Below, piece by piece: positions 35,325 through 47,800 of a stretch of DNA of 64,000 bases. Position 1 is the stretch's first letter, and every line of letters begins with the position of its first letter. The notes under the pieces are model-generated. The model did no database searches. It worked only from the letters and a program-made list of their open reading frames with translations, and had not been told where the DNA came from. Location: assembly GCA_907165135.1 (NCBI GenBank), contig OU015567.1:15624001-15688000 (forward strand), written 5' to 3'. The DNA comes from Oikopleura dioica (taxonomy: Eukaryota > Animalia > Chordata). Made by a program: the position numbers and the translations under genes.

Positions 35325-35668
35325 TTTTTTTTAGGGGGTCATCAATTGGCCTCCTAATCTTAAGCCTTGCCTAGCATTGTTAGGGTTTGGAGGGCCGATA
35401 GATAACCCCTTATACCTTGTCTGGGTCCGGCGACCTGTGTCGAAAACCTGAGTCAGGCCCTGACTATCAGGGTCCTAAAAACCTCTCAAAAAAAGCCTCC
35501 GAGAAAGCAGCGGGGCCGTTAGTTAAAGCTCTCAAGACCCTGACTCAGGTTTTCTACACAGGTTGTCATATCCAAACAGGGTAGTAGAGGCTATTTGTCG
35601 GTCCCCTAACCCTAACCTAGGAGGGCAAGGCTTAGGGTTAGGGGAAGGCCCACTGAATGCTCCCTAGA
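35325..35668. mobile_element. Composite foldback: ~95-bp outer arms around a CCTGAGTCAGG-core MITE
   Basis: The left arm (..taatcttaagccttgcctag..gttagggtttggagggccgataga..) mirrors the right arm (..tgtcggtcccctaaccctaacctag..ggcaaggcttagggttag..). Confidence 0.6.
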
Positions 35669-38600
35669 ATTTTTCCTTGACTCTTTTGCTCTTGACTTAG
35701 AACGACGTATAGTTACTTTTGTGCGTTAGAGAGCCATTAGCAGTGATAATATTTACGCGTTTCATGCGTCTCTAACTACGTTAAACACACGTGACGCTCT
35801 GTCTTTCTTTCTTTCATTTTTGCTTTGTGGACGAAATCTGCTCAATTAAAGTCTGAAGTAATACGGTGTTTATTAATGAGGAGGAAGTGAATTTCGAGCA
35901 GCTCTAATTGGTCATTTCCCCTCGCTTTGCATTAAAAGCTATTTTCGAAGATATGAATCTAATCGAGGGATGATATTGAGAGAATTAATTGATCGCCTGT
36001 TGCCCAAATAAACGATAGATGCTCACTTTTTGTAAATTGGAGCTTCTCAGTAAGGCAATTAGCTCGAGAAGAAAGTTCACGTAAACAGTAGTCAACAAAA
36101 TACCTTCTTTTTCCTCGGAGATTTTAAGGAGATCACTAATGAAAAATGGCAAAAAATCAAATTTTGGTCAAAATTGGCTCAATCGATAAAAAAAATAAGA
36201 AAAATTCGACCAAAATTTCGGTCAAATTTTTGACCAATAAGATGACCGCATTCGGCGAATAAGCGAATCAGATTTCAGAAAAAAAATTCCGGAAAAACTT
36301 GATTTTTACGAATTTTTTGTCGATTTGAGGCGAAACCCCAGAAATTGGTGTCAAAAACCTGAGTCGGGGTTTACATTTTTTTGAACCCTGAAATTTTTTC
36401 AAAATTTTTCCATGACAAGCCATCTTTTTTCATTAAGCAAAGCGTATCACAGTCTTTTAGACAGGTTTAAAAGATAGCTAGATATTGAAAAATACAGTAA
36501 TAAAAGGACCCTGACCGGATAAGGCCCACGTTTTGCTTTCGCCCTCTCGAGTTTCGCTGAACTGCAAAATAGAAAATTAGCATGGGCGTACTTATGAAGC
36601 GGAAGTCAATTCGATAAGTTGGCGAGTTGATTTCAGCCGAATGAGCCACCTTAGCGGCTGAGTTAGGCCAAACAGCGATTTGAATATCTTCTCTCTTTTC
36701 GCTGTTTAGACTTTGAGATAGTCGAGAGAGAGCTCGAGATTCCACTGAACACCGTATCGTCCTGAATATTCAGCTCTTGAATCGATTAGGCCCTGTTTTT
36801 TTCGTCAAACTCACACTTTTCTCAACCCTCTTTCTTAGTGGTTAAGTAAGAGGCTAGAACAGGGAGAGGAGAATTAGGAAGGAACTAGAATTGTTGGCAA
36901 AACGGGGCGAAGGATGGGATTGATATGACTTGAGAGAAGACAGATTCTCTAATAGAACTTATTCTTGGAAACAAAATTATTTAGGGTTAGGTTTTTTGGC
37001 ATTTGATCAATTTAAAAACCTGTTTTCGACCCTGTCTTTTTCCCTGAGTACGCGAAAACAGGATTGAAAGCAGAAAATATGACCTTTTGGAAGATTTTTG
37101 AGTCAAAAACAAGCCTGTCTTAAAACCTGTTTTGGTCCTGTTTTCTGATATTTCTTAAAATTTTAATCAGGATCTGTGTGGAAACCTGTTCAAACCCTGT
37201 TTTAATCCTGTTTTCCTTGTGTTTTTTTGCAAAAAATTCTGAAAACAGGCCTTAAAACAGGGTTCAGAACAGGAAAAAACCGGGTAGAACCAATTTTTGG
37301 AATAGATTTTTATGGAAAGGGTTTTGATTGGCCGGTAGGCCAAATACAGCAATCTTATTGGTTATCCAAAAATTCATTTCCAAAAATTGGTTGAGTCCAA
37401 AAAACCTGTTTTTGTGGTTCTTGAATGAAAATTTTACGAAGGTATTACGAAGAAGTATTTTGCCAAAATTGTTATTTCGGATGAAAACTGTATTTACGCT
37501 GTTTCTTTGGACTAAGTTTAAAGCCTAAAGTGGATCTGAAATTTCGGAAGAAGAGGAACATCAACTTACGCGTTTGGAAATCGAATTTATCTGGCGAACG
37601 CAGCGGCCGAATAATTCTGCTTTCGTGAATGATTGGATCTAACGTGAGCCCGGAAATGCACTTTCTTGCGACAAAAAATGGGGATTACCGGAAAGAACGA
37701 TTAAAAACAAACATGATCGGCGAAGGAGCTGGCGTCAGGTGCCACTAGTTAAGCGCTAGTTTGATAAATGTATCCGCAGCTGGGAGCCACGCGAAACTCG
37801 ACGATTCAAAAGTGCCACTTGCGGGACAGCGACTAGTGTTGGATTTTGTGAAGGAGCAAGTTCACTTCTGATGCTTCTCAAATACCCTGTTCAAATATTA
37901 TGTCATTTCAAGGGGATACAGGCGGAAAAGCGACAGAAAATTGCGACAAATTCTGTGTGGAAATTTTTGACCAATCAGCAGCCGAATAGCCGCCCACGAA
38001 AAATTTGCGCAATTTGTTGTCGCTTCGTGAAGCCTGACTATTTGATGAACTGTGTAGAAAACCTGAGTCAGGGTCAGAAAAAAATCTTTTTATGAACCCT
38101 GACTCAGGTTTTCAAGACAGGTTTTTTACTCAGTTTTCGGGAGAGGTGTCAGGAGCCGACAAAAAAATTTCGACAAATTTTGCATGGAAATTTTCGACCA
38201 ATCAGAAGCCTGGATTCAGTTAGCCGGCCAGTCAGCAGCCGAGTAGCCGCCCACGCAAAATTTGTTTAATTTTTTGTCGGTTCCTGACGCCACCTCAGTT
38301 TTTGACAGGAAAGTTCGAATTCGTTGAGCAATTTGAAAGATTATTTGAACTGCAGTTCCCAGCTCCCCCGAAGCTCTGGAATTTTTCTATTTGTAGCTGA
38401 GCCCGAGCTTTGTGTGGTTGAGTTTGTAGTTCTTGGTCCAGCGGTTGCATTAGCGCGCGGATTTGCATCTGATGCGCATTTTTCGTGTGTTACAGAGTGA
38501 ATCCGCTTTTCGCTCCTTCGCGGCCAGCTCAGCCCAGCTTCCAGAATTCACGAAAAACCCCTAGCCAAGGAATAAGAAAGCCAAATGAAATTAGCGCCAA

Positions 38601-40573
38601 TATTCAACGCTCAAAGGAGCAGCCACGGCTTTTCTGAGGAACTAATTTTAAACCAGGAACTAATTGAACGTGACCGAACATGACTTTCTTTTCAATTTCA
38701 GATTTTTTTCTCAAAAAGTCGCCAGCAACTGGCTAAGCAAAAAGCTCAATGAGGCTTTTTGACCAAATTTCATCAAATTTTAGGATCGCGACAAAAAGCG
38801 CGACAAACTGTTGAGTCGGAATTTTCCGCAAATCAAAAGATTCTATTCGGGCTATCGGCCAACCAACCAGCTGAAAAGCCGCCCACGCAGAAATTCGTCG
38901 CATTTTTGTCGACTCGTTCCACCTAACAAACTCTATAGCGTTTTTGGGAGGTGTCTGGAACCGACAAAAGATTTCGACAAATTTTGCGGGGAAATTTTCA
39001 ACCAATCAGAAGCCTGGATTCGGCAAACCGGCCAATCAGCATCCGAGTAGCTGCCCACGCAAAATTTGTCGAAATTTTTTGTCGGTTCCAGACATCATCC
39101 TGTTTTTTTGTCTTTTGAATTCATGAATTAACTTTCGACAATTTTTTGATAAAGCGGCGCGAATCGACTTTTCTGACAAAAAATATTTTTGCGTCGAATG
39201 CTGAAATCTGATTGGTCAAAAAATTCTGAAATTCTTAAAAATCAAAAATTTTACCCTTTTTATTTTATAAACTCGAATCTTTTTGTGCATCAATATACCG
39301 TTTCCAACTCAAACAAACAGATTCACTTTCACATTTCTTTGGAATAAATTATTTTGAAAACAGAAGAAATCAGCTTGCGCCTAATTATCCGCCGATCGAA
39401 AAGGAGCACTTGAAATCAATTAATTTAAAAAGTGAAAGCTCGTTTTAAAAACAATTGCTTTTTCAGAAAACGAAAATTAATCCTTTCCTGCTGATAAAAG
39501 CGAAACGCGGAAGGGCGCATTTCCGCAAAATAATACTTCTAAGCTCGTTTTGTGGAAAACTCATTAACTAAACAAATTTCGCTTTCTTTGGGAAATACAG
39601 TTTAGGTTTTAAGGGGGTAGACGCGTCTTTAGCATGATTTTAATTCAGATTTTTCTCTCTGAACTTATTTATGATTTTATTTTTTTCTACAAAATGAAAG
39701 TTCATTCCTTTAGTGTGTTTTTTAAAGGGTGAAATTTGAAATTTCGGATTTTTGAGTCGGAAATTCGAGTCAAAAATGCTTTTACTCGAAAAAACTTGAA
39801 CTGTAAGTTTTGAAATGTATAGTCAGAAATTAGTGATTTTGGTCTCAAAAGGAACTTGAGAATATCAAAAAGTAAATTATTAGCAGAAAAATAAGGGTGT
39901 CAATATAATAATTCAAGTTCAAAAATTTGGCCACTGAAATTTTATAAGAAAATTTTTTGGACAATATTTTTGAAATTTAAAATTTTAGTCATTATTTGAG
40001 ACAAGAGAAGGTGTGAGCTTACTTTTGATAAAAATAAGGGTGTCACTATGTTAATTTAAGAGACAAAACAGTAGAACGGCTGGCGGAGGGAAAAAATGGA
40101 TGTGCATTTATTATCCCGCGAAACGTGAAAACATTATTTTTCCGTAAGTTTTTCTTTTAAGATTTTTGTTCAATTTTTGGAGCGCTAGAAAAATAAAAAG
40201 ATCAATCAAAAGAAAAGAAACGATGTATAATAATCCGAATTAACGAATGAGTCAATCAATCTCGTTGTACGAGACTGCGGTTTTAGAGGAGCAGATCTTG
40301 CGATTTTCGGGGCACGCCTTTTGATTTTTGGCTTTTATCCGATTTTCAGGGCTTTGGGGATTGAAAAATTTAAAGATTAAAATCCGGGTGATGGTTAAAT
40401 TAAGGACATACACGTCGTAATATTAAAATTCTCCAAGAGAGATAATTTTTTTGATGCAAAGACAAATAAAAAGGGAAAGGGGTATTTGCTAAGAAAATGC
40501 AAATACTCTCCCGGCATCCGCATTTTCGACACCTCAAATCTCATAAAGCAAAAACTGTTACAGTAATTCACTG

Positions 40574-42433
40574 ATGGAAGGAACTGTGATAAACGATCGG
40601 TTTAAAGCGGTAAGAGAGCTGAAGGCGCCTAGAGATGGGAAAATCTACTGGCTCGTTGAGGACCAGCAAAAAGGTAAGAGCGGAAAAGGAAGACAATTGC
40701 TGAAATATTTTGATAGGAAATGAGCTGAAAATGCTAAAAGGTATCGGCCTCTTTGACGAAAAAATGGAGCAAGAAGCAAAGCTGGAAGTCGATCTTCTTC
40801 AACGACTAGGTAACGTTTTCCAACTTGGTTTCTAAATTCCCAGAATTGGTAAGTTATAAACCCGAAACTCAGATCATCCGAATGTCGTAAAACTTCATGA
40901 CAACTTCGCTTTCTCTTCTCACAACAATCTGCCCTACCATGGCTTGATTCTCGAATATCTTCCTGGCGGTGATTTGGGCCAATTTATTGAACAAAAACTT
41001 GAGAACGGTAAGGAGAAATCGCATTTTGTATTTTTATGATTTCAGAGGGAGGTGAAAACGAAGAAGAATGGGTGGAAAAGGACGCTCTTGGCATTTGTGC
41101 TCAAATTGTTCTTGCAATGAGTAGGTTTAAATGACTCTGATAAAGCGACTTACTGATTTAAAGACTATTTGCATGGAGAAAATATAATTCACCGAGACAT
41201 CAAGCCCGAAAACATACTTCTTTCTGGCGACAAGAAAGAGGTAAATTTCAAATAATAACTTCTTGAAAAGATTATCAACAGATCAAAATTGCTGATTTCA
41301 ACGTTTCCCGACTTACCGACGGAACTATGAATACTGGCGTCGCCGGGTCGATGGAATATCTACCTCCAGAGAGTCTTCAAGCACATGGAAATGAAAATGT
41401 TACTTTTGGCCATGATGTTTGGGCGATGGGAATCGTTTTTCAAATGCTCTGCACTTTCAGGAATAGTTTTAAAAGTTTCGTTATTTAAAATTCTTGAAAA
41501 GACTTGGGCTCTAAAACTTAATAAAGACACCCTTTTGCAACAGGAAATCTCTTTCAAATAATCAGCAACATCGCTCAGAATGTAAGAAGACCTGCAGAAG
41601 TAGTCTTCCCGGCGATGGAGAGTCTGATACAACAATGCCTGCAAGTCGACCTCGGGGAAAGAGCAGCAAATGCAGCAGCTTTGATGAATCACCGCTCGAT
41701 CGTCAGTTTGATAAAACAGCTTCAAAATCGAATTCAACCGAAAGACTTGGTTTTTGGGAAAAATCGGGTCGAAACGACGGAAGTTATCAACGAGCATTTG
41801 AACAAAGAGAATCTGAAAATGAATAAAGAAAATGAAAATCTGAAGAAAAGAAACAGTTACCTCGAGAGACAATCAAAAGAAATCTTCCAAAATATGTTTT
41901 CCATCGGAGATGACCAGTGTGAAAATCTTTGGAAAATTGGTTTCGGATTTTATACTGGCCTTGACTCTATCATTGTCCGAGAAAGTCACAAGGAGAATGA
42001 CATTCGACGAGTCCTTCGAGCAATGGCAGCCGGCTTTACGGAGTTTAATTTGAAGGAATTGGATAAAATCGCAGTTTTAGTTTTTTGATTTTTGTTTCGA
42101 CGCGATTTTCATCCGAAATAAAGTTTGTTTGCGACAAAAATTTAGAAGTGACGGAAGCTGAATGGACAATTCGACATCAAACGTGGAAAGAAAATTACGA
42201 CGGCGACGGCTGCTGGAAACTGTGGCTAAGTTTCAAAGGTATTGATTGTTGAATTTGAGATTTTTATTGTTTTAGGAAAACGCGTCGACTTTCAAGCCGA
42301 CGCGGACGATATTGACTGGGATGATGGGAAGAGCTTCAACTCGGCGAAAAAGTTGTCGCCGGATTCACAAGGAATCGTCAAACTCAAAGGAGCATATTCT
42401 TTTGTCCGCTGGAATATTAGAATCCTGAAATGA
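40574..42433 (+). CDS. Kinase + coiled coil + domain X; paralog K2, 9 exons
   Basis: MEGTVINDRFK..RDGKIY..KMLKGI..LEVDLL..HPNVVKL..HRDIKPEN..DFN..GSMEYLPPE..DVWAMG. Same intron positions as K1. GA-AG introns at 41461-41526 and 42056-42123. Ends FVRWNIRILK*. Confidence 0.9.
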
Positions 42434-43538
42434 TTAACCTTTTTTTTCGCTCTTCTGTAAATAAAAAATATTTTTTGTAAAAATATAACGTCGATTCTTG
42501 TCATCATTGTCTATTTTATTAATCAAAAACTGGAGGTTTTAATAGATCATTAATAAACAAGAAGCTGAAAACATCAATCTTATAATTTTTAAAAAGAAGA
42601 TTTTCAGTTCACTGAAAGATGTTTTTTGTTTCCTTGATTGGCCTTCTATTGCGTTGTTTTTGAGTTAAATCAAGCGAGGAGGTCAGAGCTCACTTTGCTG
42701 CGTTTAAAATGAACGCGGCGGCGCTCACTTTTGATATTTTGGGAGTCGTTATAAAATTAACTTTTGCCCAAAAACAGCGCTTTCCAATCGGCGTACTATA
42801 TCACCTTGAGGACTACTAAACAGCGAGTTTATAAAATAATCTTTGGTCAGACTAATTGGAACGCTTTTCGACGAACGTTGCCAAAACACCGCTCTGTTCA
42901 TAATCAAAATGAACACATCTAAAGATATCCCAACTCGCGAAAACACTTTTCCTAAAGCACCTTTTTTGCCGAAACGTGAATCCGCCCAAGCGCCAGTTTC
43001 CGCCTTTCATTTTGGACTAGTCATTTTTGTTTCCAACCCAAATCAGTCGATTTTTTATTATTGAAAAATTGCCGCTAACTTGTTAATAATGTACCTAAGT
43101 ACTTACATGGGTTAATAGACTAGAGCCGAAAATAGGCTACGAAGGAATGCTTAGGAATTGAGTTGTTCTTATTTTTAGTTTAGTTGGTAAATTTAACATT
43201 GTTTGATGTATTGATTTACGTTTACGTTTTCCAGCGGCTTTTTTCTTTGGAGTCTATTATTGAGATTCTTTTGGAAAGAATGAAATATAATTAGCAATAA
43301 AAATAATCAGAATTTCTGCGGAAAAACAATTATCATTTACTTTTCGTAGATTTTAGTATTGAGACACCCTTATTCACCAGCCACTTAATCTTGAATAAAA
43401 TAAGGGTATCCTAAGGTAAAGAATTAAAAAAAATATCGAAGTTTATAATATTACTCAAGAATCAATTTAGATAATGAATTGAGAGCCTCAACCTTGGTAT
43501 ACCCTTATTTTTCCAAATATGAAATGGTCGGACAATAA

Positions 43539-43684
43539 GGGGGTAGGTGCCTGGAACCCACATTTCGACAAATTGTGCGTGGAAATTTTCAACCAATCAG
43601 AGGCCTCGATTCGGCAAACCGGCCAATCAGCAGCCGCCCACGCAAAATTTGTCGAAATTTTTTGTCGGTTCCAGACACTACCCC
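43539..43684. mobile_element. Representative ~150-bp palindromic MITE carrying two CCAATCAG motifs
   Basis: Consensus GGGAGGTGTCTGGAACCGACAAAAAATTTCGACAAATTTTGCGTGG..CCAATCAG..CCAATCAG..CCACGCAAAATTTGTCGAAATTTTTTGTCGGTTCCAGACAC. Copies near 6186, 8716, 17197, 38140, 38946, 47905, 48596 and 56207; degenerate relatives near 1860, 16130, 31840, 36160 and 37940. Confidence 0.85.
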
Positions 43685-44269
43685 CAATAAGGGTCTATTA
43701 TTGAAAAATTGAATAGAAAAAGAAGGATTGTATAATTTTGTTCACGAATTAAATTTAATTATTCTATTAAATTAACCCAAAATGATTACGGGGCCAAAAT
43801 TTCGGTCCCGAAAAATTTAAGGAATTCGACAAAAAAATAACTGTATTTTGACGAACCAGAAATGTTCAATACTCGAGTGCTCAGATTTAGCAAAAGCTAC
43901 CATTCTAGCGCCCTGTTTTCTTTTCTTGCGTAAGTTGACTTTGCGCTAAGAGGCGAATTCGTTCGGCTTTTGGATTTATTATTCAGAGTCGTTCTCGCCC
44001 GTGCCAATTACTGCTTTACATGGCAGCTGCTGAAGGCAAGGTGCCGCATAAGAAGACTCCCAGACCGGATCAGCGCCGCTTTGCCCAAACGCAGTGAGAA
44101 ATTATCCTGAGCCGCGAATTTACACAAAATACTCAGCCAGACGCAAATCTCAGCTGGAAGAAGAAAATCGCATTTTCAAACAGAAAATTGTAACTGATTC
44201 ATTTTCGAAAAGAAAAATAAAGTGAAGTTTGCAAAAAATCAATCGTAAAAGAATCCACATTTTTAGCTA

Positions 44270-44880
44270 AGCTAACAGGAATTTTGAGAAGAGGCTTAGC
44301 TTAGCTTAGCTCAGCTAAACTGGTTCAGGGAAAAAATAGCTCAGTTGAGCTCAGGTTTTTGAGCTGATCCATACTTAACTGAAATCAGCTCAAAAAGCGA
44401 AGCTCAGCAAACTGAGCTCAACTCACGTAAAATGAGCTGAGCAGGAATTTTCATCTACTCAACCCAATTTATTTGAGTATGAGGCAAGCTCAGCTCAGCT
44501 CAAGGATTTTTAAATAAAGTAAGCTCAGCTGAGTTGGTAAAAATCAGCTCAATACGCTCAGCTCAGCAAACTGAGCTGAACTCAAATCATGAGCTGAGCA
44601 CGGAATTTCCTCTGCTTAGCTCAAATGCTTGAGTATGAGGCCAGCTCAGCTCTGATCATCATTTGAAAATAGAATTAGCTCAGCTGAGGTGACCTGATTG
44701 AGCTGACCAGCACATTTGAAAAAATCAGCTCAATAGGCTCAGCTCAGCTAGCTTTGCTTTAAAAAAGCTCAGCTCAGCTGGCTCAGACGACGTTGAAATT
44801 GAACTGAGCCGGCCAATTTCTAGACCTCGCTCAGCTCAACTATTTGTGGGCTAAGCAACTCTAGCTCAGCTCAGCTCAAT
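44270..44880. repeat. (AGCTC)n-rich element with ~155-bp internal tandem units
   Basis: The unit AAAATCAGCTCAA..GCTCAGCAAACTGAGCT..ATGAGCTGAGCA.GGAATTT..TTGAGTATGAGGC.AGCTCAGCT recurs at ~44381 and ~44540, and partly at ~44720. Confidence 0.7.
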
Positions 44881-47800
44881 TTTTATCTCCAAAAATTTGC
44901 AACTTTTTGCCTATCCCGTAATTCTCCTGAAAAAAAAACGCTCATCAGAAAAAAATGGTTCATTTGAAAACACGCTTAGCGCCGCAACATTTTCCGGGGT
45001 TATACTTTTTCTTACGAATTTAAAAGTGGCAGCGGAAAACTTCTATCAAGTGGCAACTTTGTATACATTTAGCGATTTCGGTTTCCGCCGCGGTTTGAAA
45101 GTTATTTCTAACTTCCGGAAAATTAATTAGAATTTCGCTTTTGAACTAGATTACAACTCGGCTACTTACTTATCTGACATGCAAGTTTGCTATTTGCATA
45201 ACGCGGCTGGCAATTAGAAAAATGTTTCCACGATATTTTTGCAATTAATTTTCGCGTTTATAAACGCAAATTATAATTACACTGAGCAATTTTCAAGAAC
45301 TTTTGATTTTAACAGAAAAGGAAAAGAGAGCTTTCTGATTGGTCGGTTTCCAAAAGAAAAGCGCCACCTGCTGGTTTTTTTCAACTCTTTCTGAGCTCAG
45401 CGAGCTCGGCAACCTGTGTAGAAATCCTGAGTCAGGTTTTGAAGACCGGCTTTTTATTTGAGCTCTTAAAAACCTGACTCAGGTTTTCTAGACAGATTGC
45501 CGAGCGCACGAAATTTGGTGAGAATAGTTAAAAATCACCAGCAGGTGGCGCTTTTCTTTTGAAAATCTACCAATCAGAAAGCTTTCTTTTTCTTTTCTGA
45601 AACGTAAAGAGATCTTTTTTGAACAAAAAATGCACCTTTTGAATATTCCCAGGCTTCTAGCGTTTCCGCAACGGAACTTTTCAAAAGTTCATGTTACAAA
45701 CCCCCGTTTTTTTATGTCTATCAGAAGTAACCCTGCTGAATTCGTAAATAAACATATCTTTTCTTTTCGAATTTTAACATGGCTGTAGAATCCGTCGCCG
45801 GTTGGTTTTCTCTCACGATTTACTCAGCTTGCATAACTCGCGCTCCAAGCCGCTTTCAACAAGCTTCAACGTTTTCTTCATTTTTTCTTCGAGAAAGTGC
45901 TTCGCATTCTTTTTCATAAATATGCCAAAAACAACCAAACAGAACATAATACAACAATTTTCAAGAATTTTCATTTTTCGGTTTTTAACAAACGCTATTT
46001 TCATTTTTCACGTTTTAGAGTCCAAAAATTAAGGGTATCTCTGATTGAAAATTTATTTTCAAGAGAAACCCTTAAATTTCGAAAATATCGCTTATTGTGA
46101 CGATGACCTTATTTTAGCAGTAAGGGCATTCAAATAAAAAACGTTATTTTTGATAAAATGCTCAAAAATATCGTTTATCGTTGGGATACCCTTATTTTAA
46201 AGAACGTTTCGGGGAATCTGTTAAAATAAGGGTATCCTAAAAATAAATAAATATAGTTGCTTCTAGCCTTTTTTGTGTCGACAAAATTTTAGCCAATAAG
46301 AAGCCTGCATTCGGCCAACCAGCCAATCAGCAGCTTTTTTTAATTATATCAAGATCTCTTTTTTTTGAAACAAAAAAATACTTGTTCAATAAGATAAAAA
46401 TTGTTTTCCAGAAAAAAGTTCAAATTTAATTCAACCCCAAATACTTTTTGGGAGCGCGACAGCTCATAAAAGCATGTTCTAAAAACAAAATCGGATAATG
46501 ATTGACCAGCCAAGTCACCTCTCGCAGGACTTTGCGGTTTCTGATTGAGCTCCCCGCAGCTGCACTTTTAGGCGCTCAAAACACCAAAAATCAGCCCTGA
46601 TTTCTTCCAAAGCTTCTACCGCGTTTTTCCTGTAACTTCTCAAAAACGATGTCAAAGGGTTGAAGAATGACTGTTTTGTGAAAAATAAACGGAAGAGCAA
46701 CAGCATTCTTTCGCAGGGAGTGCGTAACTTCCGCACCAAATTTGTCTTACAAACGGATCAATCCGGCTTTACGAGATAATCCACAGCCGGGAAAATACTT
46801 TTTCGAAAATTTTTTATCAGCAGTGAGATAATGACCTTTCAGTTTTTCACTGAGAATATTGAGTTTTTTTTTTATACAAAAGATACAATCAAAATCTAAA
46901 TTTTTTATTGAATAAAATTTAACAATAAATTTATTCAGCCAATAATGAAAAGACTAACTCCTAATTACCAAGATGATTTTCTTATTGTGACTACGCTTGT
47001 CTCATTTAATAGTAATTTCTTGTTTGGCAAGATAGTAAAACAGCTCAAACGCTTTATAAGGCCCTGATTTTCAGGTTTAAAGAACACCTGCAACGATAGC
47101 CATCGATTAATATCTTTTATCGACCTTATAGGAGCTCTATCTACCTGAGCAGGTTTTTTTAACGAAGCCGGCTTTAATTTTTAACCGTAAAAAAACTTGA
47201 TTTATTTTCTTTGAGTTCAATAAGCGGAGTTCAGACCCTAATCTTTCCCGGTCTTTTTTTTTTTGGACCAAAACCGGTTGTGTCATTTGTTTTAGTTCTG
47301 GCTCGATTAGCGCTGGAACGAACGAGCTAGAACGGATGATTCTTTTTTCGGTAGTCGACAGCCAGCGCGCACGATTGCGACTGCTTCCGAGGTTTTGATG
47401 CACGGGACGAACGTTTTCCGTTTTCTTCCAAACACCAGGCAGAATTATCAATACCAGAATTTTGGTCAAATTTATTTTTCACGTTTCTGGCCGATAAAGG
47501 GTACCCAGAAAGCAGAAAATACAAACAAAGAATTGTTTTTTCAGTGGTTTCATAAGAAAAAACCGCTGGAAGAATATCAGATATGGATTTTTTTTTCTAT
47601 TTTCGTGGAAGAAATGATTTTTTCTTGGCCCCCGATTACGAGAGTAGATATTTTGTCACATTTGAGATTGCGGTTATTACTTATGCGCATCTTATGCAAA
47701 ATTCATTTTGTGGACGATAAGGGATTTTTCTCTATTTTAACGGTTTTTGGTCCAAATTATCATTGTGACACCCTTATTTTCCTGAATAACAATTTTGTGA

